From: Escherichia coli
Lineage (GTDB): Bacteria; Pseudomonadota; Gammaproteobacteria; Enterobacterales; Enterobacteriaceae
Reading direction: 5' to 3' (one strand)
Assembly: GCF_003334255.1 (NCBI RefSeq)
Contig: NZ_QOWU01000046.1
Length of the DNA: 43,525 nt
The position numbers were made by a program, and so were the translations under genes. This document shows, piece after piece, positions 10,682-20,600 of the stretch. The notes beneath the pieces were generated by a model. That model did no database searches. It saw only the letters and a list, made by a program, of their open reading frames with translations, and was not told the origin of the DNA. The stretch's first letter is position 1. Each line of letters opens with the position of its first letter.

Positions 10682-11674
10682 TTATGGCAATGGGTTATTG
10701 GCCCGACGCGCCAGCCACTCTTTAATTTGCTGGCGATGCAGGCTAACGGAACGACCTACGACAACGACGATAAGTAGCGCACCGGAAAGGGCGCTGGACA
10801 CCTGATTTGGCACTCCTGCCATTTGCAAACCTTGTTGCAAATATCCCACTAATAAAACCGCAATGGCGGTGCCGATAATGGAACCGGAACCACCATAAAT
10901 ATTGGCCCCGCCAAGCACCACGGCGGTGATGGCGGGCATCAGAAACGACGCACCGAGATCGGAACGTGCTGAACCAAAATACGATACCAGCAGCACAGCG
11001 GCGACCGCAGACGCCAGCCCCGTCATGGCATAGAGCGCACATAAGGTACGGTTAACTGGAATCGCGCTATAAAGCGCCACGCGCGGGCTTTGCCCAATCA
11101 AAAACACATTACGTCCGGCATGGGTTTTATGCAGCCAGAGCCAGAAAACGAGGAGACATATCAGGAAGATAATCAGCGGAACGGGGAGTCCCAGCACATC
11201 CAGGTTAGCGAAATCTGTAAACGCCATCGGGAATCCACCAATACCTTCGTACCCCGTCGCTCCGGCCATACCGGAAAGCAGCAGAGCGCTTCCGGCAAAC
11301 AGATACAGCGTGCCAAGCGTAATCACCAGCGGGTTAACTTTGGTATAGATAATTAATCCGGCGTTGATCAGCCCGCACAATGCGCCGAGCAGTAAGGTCA
11401 GGAGTATCGCCAGCGGCATCGGCACACCACTTTGAAACAGTACGCCCAATGCAATGGCGCAGAGGCCGATGGTCGAACCAAACGAAATATCGATCCCGCC
11501 ACTGACAATCACCATCGTTAGCGGTAGGGCGACAATGCCAATGCAGATAAAGTCACTGGTGCTGAACAGCAACATATTGAGATCTAACATTCGCGGGTTA
11601 ATTGCACCAAATGCGACAATCTCAATAACGAGCAGTGCGGCAAGAGCCAGTTCCCAACCGTAGCGAATACGCAT
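10682..11674 (-). CDS. lsrD: AI-2 ABC transporter permease LsrD
   Basis: 330-aa polytopic membrane ORF; its start overlaps the lsrC stop. Confidence 0.9.
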
Positions 11675-12702
11675 TATGCGGCCTCCCGTTTTTTACCTGA
11701 CGAAGCGGGTTTAACGGATGGCGGTGGCGTCATAAAGCGGGCATATTTTTGCCGCCGTAGATTACGTTCCAGCGCACAACGCAGGCGTCCATCAAACACC
11801 AGCACCGCCAGCAGAACCAGACCCGCGATAAAATCATTCCACCATGCCGGAATGCGCAACAGCACCAGTACGCTATCGATCTGCGTCAGGAACCATGCGC
11901 CGAGTACCGCACCAATGATCGCACCGGAACCACCGAGCAAACTAATGCCGCCCAGCACGCAGGCTGCAATTGCTTTCATCTCCAGCCCGGTACCGGTCTG
12001 GTTGGGGATAAAACCAATCTGCGAAGCAAACACAATTCCCGCCAGTGCCGCCATGCAGCCGTTCAACGAAAATGCCACAATGCGAATGGCTTCAGTACGA
12101 ACGCCCAGTTGACGAGCGCCCTGTAAATTATCGCCCGTGGCATAAAAACTGCGTCCAAACGCCGTCTTTGCCAGCAGCCAGGCCATAAATGCCACCAGAA
12201 TTATCGTCAACCAACCAATTGCTGAAACGCCAAGCAGCAGCGGGGCGGAGAGCTGTTTCAGTTCGGCGGGTAACCCTTCAATCCATTTGCCGCCAGTCCA
12301 CAGCAACATGATGCCTCTGTACAACCCTAACGTGCCAAGGGTGGCAACAATGGCAGGGATCTTTAGCCACGCGACCAGGACACCGTTGAAAAATCCCGCG
12401 AGCAAACCAAGCAGTAAAGTCGCGACACAAGCAACAGGTAGTGAATATCCTGCGTTCAGTAACATCCCCAACAGCACCGCGCACATTCCGGTAATCGAAC
12501 CCACTGAAACATCAATATTGCGCGTAAGCATTACCAGCGTCGCGCCCATTGCCAGCAGGATCAGGATTTGCGCGCTGCTATAAACCATGGTCAGCGTTTG
12601 CACACTTAAATACTGGCGGTCGAGAAAACCGGGTAATACAAACAGCAGCACCACCGCCAGCAGTGCCGTGATTTCACGGTTGTTCTGAATAAACTTCAGC
12701 AT
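11674..12702 (-). CDS. lsrC: AI-2 ABC transporter permease LsrC
   Basis: 342-aa polytopic membrane ORF; overlaps the lsrA 3' end by 7 nt. Confidence 0.9.
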
Positions 12703-14231
12703 GACGCCTCCTGACGCTGACTATCGCCGAAGGCAACGCGCATAATAGTCTCGACATTAATATCGCGCTCGGTCAGTGCAGAGTGGGTAATTTCGCCCTG
12801 ATGCATCACATACACACGATCTGCCATCAGTTCGATCTCTTCCAGGTCGGAGGAGATAAGCAGCACAGCCACATTTTGTGCGGCGATGCTGCGCAACAGC
12901 TGGTAGATATCATTACGGGCCGAGACATCCACGCCGCGCGTCGGCTCATCGACAATCAATACTTGCGGCGAAGCTTCCAGGCATTTGGCAATGAGGATTT
13001 TTTGCTGGTTGCCACCGGATAATGTCCGTGCAGCTTGTTCCGGTTGGTTGAATTTAATATTCAGCGCCCGACGATAACGTTCCAGGGTGGCATTATCTTT
13101 CGCGGTTTTCGCCCAGAATCCACGAAGGTTATGAGTAAGGGCGCAGACGTTCCAGGCCAGCGAAGCATCGAGATTCAGTCCGGATGACTGGCGATCTTCC
13201 GGCAGATAAACCAGACCGCGCAGTAAACGTTCTCCAGTGGATAATTTATTGATCTCTTTACCATTCAGCATAATGCGTCCGCCACGCAAAGTACGCAGAC
13301 CATAGAGCGTCTCGGCCAGTTCTGTGCGTCCGGCCCCCACCAGCCCAGCCAGGCCCAGAATTTCTCCGGCATTGAGCGTCAGGCTGACATTCCTGAAACC
13401 TTCGCCGGTCAGATTTTCCAGTGTCAGCACCGGCGTTCCGGCGGCATGTTGTGGGCGGTTACCAGGTAACTCCAGCCATAATTTTTGGCTGGCAGAGAGC
13501 GATTTTTCCCGTACCGCTGGGGTGATGGCCTGAATAATGTCGTCGGTAGACAGTTCGCTGGTTTTGCCGCTTAAGGCGATGGTTCCGTCGCGCATCACGC
13601 TAATTCGATCGGCAATCTGGCGAATTTCCGGCAGCTTATGCGAGATAAAAACAATACCCACGCCAGTAGCAAGCAGCTCTTGCAAGCGACTAAACAAGCG
13701 TTCGGTTTCCGCAGGGGTAAGCGAGGCGGTAGGTTCATCGAGGATCAGAATCCGCGAGTCGCGCATCAGCCCGCGGAGGATTTCCACCATTTGGCGATCG
13801 GCGACATCCAGCGATCCTGCCAGACTATGCAGATCAAACTGGCAGCCCAGCGCCGCCAGCAAGTTCTTCATTTTCTGCATGGAGAGCTGTTTTTTTGCCA
13901 GCCCAAACAGGATGTTTTCTTTTATCGACAGGCTTGGGAAAAGCAGCGGTTCCTGGGGAACGAGATAAATACCCAGCTGATGAGCATGAACTGGCGTTAA
14001 TCTGACGTAGTTGTTGCCCTCAATCTCCAGCGTACCGCTATCAGCAGGGGTAATACCGGCAATAATCTTCATTAACGTCGATTTACCGGCACCATTGCCG
14101 CCGAGCAGGGCGTGGACCTCCCCCTGATGCAACGTAAAATCGATGCCTTTCAGGACATTGACCCCTGAATACTGTTTATAAACCGAGCGGGCGCAAAGTA
14201 GCGGTAACGCGCGGGTATCACTCGTTTGCAT
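12696..14231 (-). CDS. lsrA: AI-2 ABC transporter ATPase LsrA (two nucleotide-binding domains)
   Basis: 511-aa ORF with duplicated Walker A ([17 protein letters not shown]) and ABC signature motifs. Confidence 0.9.
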
Positions 14232-14479
14232 ATTTCCCCCGTTCAGTTTTGCAGGTGAGTTTTGAACAAATGTATTTCTGCTTTTAATTTGTTCATAACC
14301 TTAGGTGGACATTGCACATATTTCCGACGAATAGATCACAATTTATGCTATTTTGATTTTCACGGTTGCGTTTGTTCATGCTCGTAGAGTCAAACTGTGG
14401 TTGCCATCACAGATATAAATGAGCAAGAACTGAACAATTGCATTAAAGATTTAAATATGTTCAAAGTGAAGAATGAATT
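14232..14479. promoter_or_regulatory. Divergent lsrA / lsrR promoter-operator region
   Basis: 248-bp AT-rich gap between the divergent lsrACDBFG and lsrRK start codons; contains the CRP-like site listed separately. Confidence 0.7.
14396..14411. promoter_or_regulatory. CRP-like binding site TGTGG-N6-TCACA
   Basis: Sequence TGTGGttgccaTCACA matches the CRP consensus TGTGA-N6-TCACA at 9 of 10 positions; the lsr operon is known to be cAMP-CRP dependent. Confidence 0.55.
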
Positions 14480-15433
14480 ATGACAATCAACGATTCGGCA
14501 ATTTCAGAACAGGGAATGTGTGAAGAAGAACAGGTCGCGCGGATCGCGTGGTTTTACTATCACGACGGGCTGACCCAGAGCGAGATCAGCGATCGTCTCG
14601 GCCTGACACGTTTGAAAGTGTCGCGATTGCTGGAGAAAGGGCATCAGTCCGGCATTATTCGCGTACAGATTAATTCTCGCTTTGAAGGCTGTCTGGAATA
14701 TGAAACTCAATTACGTCGTCAGTTTTCGCTGCAACATGTCCGGGTGATCCCTGGGCTTGCGGATGCTGATGTCGGTGGGCGACTGGGGATAGGCGCGGCG
14801 CATATGTTGATGAGTTTACTTCAACCACAACAGATGCTGGCGATTGGTTTTGGCGAGGCAACCATGAATACGCTGCAACGCTTAAGTGGTTTTATTTCGT
14901 CACAGCAAATTCGCCTGGTCACGCTCTCCGGTGGCGTCGGTTCTTATATGACGGGAATCGGGCAGCTTAACGCGGCGTGCAGTGTGAATATTATTCCGGC
15001 TCCGTTGCGGGCATCCTCCGCTGACATTGCCCGTACGCTAAAAAATGAAAATTGCGTCAAAGATGTTCTGTTAGCCGCGCAAGCAGCGGATGTGGCGATT
15101 GTCGGCATTGGTGCTGTGAGTCAACAGGACGATGCGACAATCATTCGCTCCGGTTATATCAGCCAGGGCGAACAGTTAATGATTGGCCGAAAAGGGGCGG
15201 TTGGCGACATTTTAGGCTACTTTTTTGATGCAAAAGGTGACGTTGTCACGAATATCAAAATACATAACGAACTGATTGGCTTACCTTTAAGCGCGCTGAA
15301 GACCATACCCGTCCGGGTTGGCGTGGCAGGGGGAGAAAATAAAGCCGAAGCAATTGCCGCTGCAATGAAAGGCGGTTATATCAACGCACTGGTTACCGAT
15401 CAGGACACAGCAGCGGCGATTTTACGTAGTTAA
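14480..15433 (+). CDS. lsrR: lsr operon repressor LsrR (SorC/DeoR family)
   Basis: 317-aa ORF with an N-terminal HTH and a sugar-phosphate-binding C-terminal domain. Confidence 0.9.
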   Translation: MTINDSAISEQGMCEEEQVARIAWFYYHDGLTQSEISDRLGLTRLKVSRLLEKGHQSGIIRVQINSRFEGCLEYETQLRRQFSLQHVRVIPGLADADVGGRLGIGAAHMLMSLLQPQQMLAIGFGEATMNTLQRLSGFISSQQIRLVTLSGGVGSYMTGIGQLNAACSVNIIPAPLRASSADIARTLKNENCVKDVLLAAQAADVAIVGIGAVSQQDDATIIRSGYISQGEQLMIGRKGAVGDILGYFFDAKGDVVTNIKIHNELIGLPLSALKTIPVRVGVAGGENKAEAIAAAMKGGYINALVTDQDTAAAILRS

Positions 15434-15511
15434 ATTTGCATGACCTTATTACCGGGAATGATGGAGAACGTATAGAGGAACAGACAGAACGCATAAGCCG
15501 AGGATAATCTA

Positions 15512-17104
15512 ATGGCTCGACTCTTTACCCTTTCAGAATCAAAGTACTACCTGATGGCGCTGGATGCAGGCACCGGAAGTATTCGGGCTGTGATATTCGA
15601 CCTGGAAGGCAATCAAATAGCAGTGGGACAGGCGGAGTGGCGGCATCTGGCAGTACCGGACGTTCCTGGTTCTATGGAATTTGATCTCAACAAAAACTGG
15701 CAACTGGCGTGTGAGTGTATGCGCCAGGCGCTGCACAACGCCGGCATAGCCCCGGAGTATATCGCTGCCGTTTCGGCATGTTCGATGCGTGAAGGCATTG
15801 TTTTATATAATAATGAAGGAGCCCCGATCTGGGCCTGCGCCAATGTGGATGCCAGAGCGGCACGCGAAGTTAGCGAACTTAAAGAACTGCACAACAATAC
15901 CTTTGAAAACGAAGTTTATCGCGCGACCGGACAAACACTGGCTTTAAGTGCCATCCCCAGATTACTTTGGCTGGCGCACCATCGTTCCGATATTTACCGT
16001 CAGGCATCAACCATCACCATGATCAGCGACTGGCTGGCCTATATGCTCAGCGGCGAACTGGCGGTGGATCCCTCTAACGCTGGCACCACGGGACTTCTTG
16101 ATCTAACCACCCGTGACTGGAAACCTGCATTGCTGGATATGGCTGGCCTACGTGCCGATATTCTTTCTCCTGTCAAAGAAACCGGCACATTGCTGGGCGT
16201 GGTAAGTTCACAAGCGGCGGAACTCTGCGGTCTGAAGGCGGGCACTCCGGTGGTCGTTGGAGGAGGCGACGTGCAGCTTGGTTGCCTTGGGTTAGGCGTT
16301 GTGCGTCCGGCACAAACCGCGGTTCTTGGCGGCACATTCTGGCAGCAAGTTGTAAATTTAGCCGCGCCGGTGACAGACCCAGAAATGAACGTGCGCGTTA
16401 ATCCTCATGTTATTCCTGGCATGGTACAAGCTGAATCTATAAGCTTTTTTACCGGACTCACCATGCGCTGGTTCCGCGATGCTTTCTGTGCCGAAGAAAA
16501 ACTGATTGCCGAACGTTTAGGCATCGACACCTATACGCTGCTGGAAGAGATGGCCAGTCGGGTGCCGCCTGGGTCGTGGGGCGTAATGCCGATCTTCTCC
16601 GACAGAATGCGCTTTAAAACCTGGTATCACGCTGCGCCTTCCTTTATTAACTTGTCCATTGACCCGGATAAATGTAACAAAGCGACATTGTTCCGTGCGC
16701 TGGAAGAAAATGCGGCGATTGTATCAGCGTGTAACTTGCAGCAAATTGCTGATTTCTCGAATATTCATCCTTCATCGTTAGTCTTTGCAGGCGGAGGTTC
16801 AAAAGGGAAATTATGGAGTCAAATTCTCGCTGATGTCTCGGGATTACCCGTCAATATTCCGGTGGTCAAAGAAGCCACTGCATTAGGATGTGCCATTGCA
16901 GCTGGCGTCGGTGCCGGAATTTTTTCATCAATGGCAGAAACCGGAGAACGCCTGGTTCGCTGGGAACGGACGCACACACCAGACCCGGAAAAGCATGAAC
17001 TTTATCAGGATTCACGCGATAAGTGGCAGGCAGTTTATCAGGATCAGCTGGGGCTGGTTGATCATGGACTGACGACGTCGTTATGGAAAGCGCCTGGGTT
17101 ATAG
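15512..17104 (+). CDS. lsrK: Autoinducer-2 kinase LsrK (FGGY carbohydrate kinase family)
   Basis: 530-aa ORF ([30 protein letters not shown]...). Confidence 0.9.
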   Translation: MARLFTLSESKYYLMALDAGTGSIRAVIFDLEGNQIAVGQAEWRHLAVPDVPGSMEFDLNKNWQLACECMRQALHNAGIAPEYIAAVSACSMREGIVLYNNEGAPIWACANVDARAAREVSELKELHNNTFENEVYRATGQTLALSAIPRLLWLAHHRSDIYRQASTITMISDWLAYMLSGELAVDPSNAGTTGLLDLTTRDWKPALLDMAGLRADILSPVKETGTLLGVVSSQAAELCGLKAGTPVVVGGGDVQLGCLGLGVVRPAQTAVLGGTFWQQVVNLAAPVTDPEMNVRVNPHVIPGMVQAESISFFTGLTMRWFRDAFCAEEKLIAERLGIDTYTLLEEMASRVPPGSWGVMPIFSDRMRFKTWYHAAPSFINLSIDPDKCNKATLFRALEENAAIVSACNLQQIADFSNIHPSSLVFAGGGSKGKLWSQILADVSGLPVNIPVVKEATALGCAIAAGVGAGIFSSMAETGERLVRWERTHTPDPEKHELYQDSRDKWQAVYQDQLGLVDHGLTTSLWKAPGL

Positions 17105-17112
17105 TTTCATTG

Positions 17113-17148
17113 ACAGCCACATCATGATGACCGTGGCTGTTAGTTTTT
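17113..17148 (+). terminator. Rho-independent terminator downstream of lsrK
   Basis: ACAGCCAC-(12-nt loop)-GTGGCTGT stem followed by TAGTTTTTG. Confidence 0.65.
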
Positions 17149-17634
17149 GAGTATAGTTATTCTTATTTCCCTTCTTTTAGAGCTGGCTTGTTAAAAGCCA
17201 GCTTGCAGATTCATCGTTCCATCACCAGTACTATATTCAAGGGAAAATTGCTATTTTTCTTAAAGCATTAAGCACAACCCTTATTTTATAGCGAATATTC
17301 CTAAAGACACTAATGGATGCAAAAGGGGTTTAATAAACTTCGATTTTTAGCAATTAGTGCTATTCTTTGTTAAATATGATGATGATAATTTTCCTATTGA
17401 AAGAAACAGTTTTCTTATTAAGCAACAATAACTCATAGTTCATATTTAAATAAAATAAGAACTATGCAATTTTTAATCTATCAATTCGAAAGCATTAGCA
17501 AATTAGCCAAATTGACACCTTCCCACCTCCAACTAACACTCAATACAGACCTCTGACAATTTAATAAGTTTCATTTTTAATGTCTGACGACTCATCTCTT
17601 TCGTGGCTGTATTGTTTGTATATGGAGCGTTTAT

Positions 17635-20600
17635 ATGAATAGAATCTATCGCGTGATATGGAATTGCACTCTACAGGTATTTCAGGCCTGCTCGGAATTA
17701 ACTCGCAGGGCAGGTAAAACATCGACGGTTAATTTGCGTAAATCCTCTGGACTGACAACGAAATTCAGTAGATTGACGCTGGGTGTTTTGCTGGCACTAA
17801 GCGGTTCAGCGTCTGGTGCAAGTCTGGAAGTTGATAATGATCAGATTACCAATATTGATACTGATGTTGCTTATGATGCCTACCTGGTTGGCTGGTATGG
17901 CACTGGAGTGCTTAATATTTTGGCTGGCGGTAATGCCTCCTTAACCACTATTACTACCAGCGTCATTGGCGCTAATGAGGACTCAGAGGGCACCGTTAAT
18001 GTTTTGGGTGGCACCTGGCGATTGTATGATAGCGGAAATAATGCAAGGCCTTTAAATGTGGGTCAATCCGGAACGGGGACGCTGAATATTAAACAGAAGG
18101 GTCACGTCGATGGAGGCTATTTAAGATTAGGTTCTTCGACAGGAGGCGTCGGGACGGTCAATGTTGAGGGAGAGGACTCTGTTCTGACGACCGAATTATT
18201 CGAAATAGGTAGCTATGGCACAGGTTCATTAAATATTACGGATAAGGGTTACGTCACGAGTTCAATCGTCGCCATTTTAGGCTATCAGGCGGGCAGTAAT
18301 GGCCAGGTTGTCGTTGAAAAGGGTGGCGAGTGGCTAATAAAAAATAATGATTCCTCAATTGAATTTCAAATTGGTAATCAAGGAACTGGGGAGGCGACTA
18401 TTCGCGAGGGGGGGTTGGTTACGGCTGAAAATACGATTATCGGTGGCAATGCCACCGGTATCGGAACCCTGAATGTGCAGGATCAAGACTCTGTCATCAC
18501 GGTACGCAGACTCTATAATGGATATTTCGGTAATGGCACAGTCAATATTTCCAATAATGGACTGATTAATAACAAAGAATATTCATTGGTGGGCGTTCAG
18601 GACGGTTCCCACGGTGTCGTCAACGTGACCGATAAAGGGCATTGGAATTTCCTCGGAACGGGCGAAGCTTTCCGCTATATCTATATCGGTGATGCTGGCG
18701 ACGGTGAACTTAATGTCTCGAGTGAAGGCAAAGTAGATTCGGGAATTATCACTGCGGGGATGAAAGAAACAGGCACAGGCAACATTACTGTTAAGGATAA
18801 GAACTCCGTTATCACTAATCTCGGAACTAATCTTGGTTATGACGGCCACGGCGAAATGAATATCAGTAATCAGGGGCTTGTTGTCAGCAACGGAGGAAGT
18901 TCACTCGGTTATGGAGAAACCGGCGTCGGGAATGTCAGCATCACCACGGGGGGAATGTGGGAGGTCAATAAGAATGTCTATACCACCATTGGTGTTGCGG
19001 GCGTCGGAAACCTCAATATTAGCGATGGCGGTAAGTTCGTATCGCAAAATATTACTTTTTTGGGCGATAAAGCAAGCGGTATCGGCACACTGAACCTGAT
19101 GGATGCGACATCATCGTTCGATACTGTGGGTATCAATGTCGGTAATTTTGGTAGCGGTATCGTAAATGTCAGTAATGGTGCCACCCTTAATTCAACGGGC
19201 TATGGATTTATCGGAGGAAATGCCTCCGGTAAGGGGATAGTTAATATTTCAACGGACAGTCTCTGGAATTTAAAGACATCATCTACTAACGCACAATTGC
19301 TACAGGTCGGTGTATTAGGCACGGGTGAACTGAATATTACCACCGGAGGTATAGTTAAAGCGCGTGATACACAGATAGCTCTCAATGACAAAAGTAAGGG
19401 CGACGTGAGGGTGGATGGGCAGAACTCTCTTCTTGAAACATTCAATATGTACGTAGGGACATCTGGTACGGGTACGTTAACCCTGACGAATAACGGTACG
19501 CTGAATGTCGAAGGTGGAGAAGTTTACTTAGGTGTTTTTGAGCCTGCTGTAGGAACGCTAAACATTGGTGCTGCTCACGGTGAGGCGGCGGCAGATGCCG
19601 GATTTATCACCAATGCGACGAAAGTGGAGTTTGGTCTTGGCGAAGGCGTTTTTGTCTTTAATCATACCAATAACAGTGATGCCGGCTACCAGGTCGATAT
19701 GCTGATTACAGGTGACGATAAAGACGGAAAAGTGATCCATGATGCAGGCCATACGGTGTTCAATGCAGGGAATACTTATAGCGGTAAAACGCTGGTCAAT
19801 GACGGCCTCCTGACCATTGCGTCTCATACGGCAGATGGGGTAACGGGCATGGGGTCGAGTGAAGTAACCATTGCAAACCCCGGTACGCTCGACATTCTCG
19901 CATCAACGAACAGTGCAGGAGATTACACGCTGACCAATGCGCTCAAAGGCGATGGCTTGATGCGAGTGCAGCTGTCATCCTCCGACAAGATGTTTGGCTT
20001 TACCCATGCAACAGGGACTGAATTCGCCGGTGTTGCCCAACTGAAAGACAGTACCTTCACTCTGGAACGCGACAACACCGCTGCGCTTACTCACGCGATG
20101 TTGCAGTCTGACAGTGAAAATACCACATCGGTAAAAGTTGGAGAGCAATCCATTGGTGGACTGGCCATGAATGGAGGTACCATCATTTTCGATACGGATA
20201 TTCCTGCTGCGACGCTCGCGGAGGGATATATCAGCGTCGATACGCTGGTTGTCGGCGCGGGTGACTACACCTGGAAAGGCCGTAACTATCAGGTAAACGG
20301 GACGGGCGACGTGCTTATCGACGTGCCTAAACCGTGGAATGATCCCATGGCGAATAACCCTCTGACGACGCTCAATTTGCTGGAACACGACGATAGCCAT
20401 GTCGGCGTTCAACTGGTGAAGGCGCAAACGGTTATTGGGTCGGGTGGCTCATTAACGTTACGTGATTTACAGGGCGACGAGGTGGAAGCGGACAAAACGT
20501 TACACATTGCGCAAAACGGAACGGTGGTCGCCGAGGGTGATTATGGATTCCGCCTCACGACCGCACCAGGTAATGGTTTGTACGTTAACTATGGGCTGAA

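Noticed and set aside
17890-19580. Regular ~57-bp periodic repeats considered as a possible CRISPR array
   Set aside because: The repeats are imperfect, lie in-frame within a continuous ORF, and encode beta-helix units; there are no identical direct repeats with unique spacers and no cas genes.
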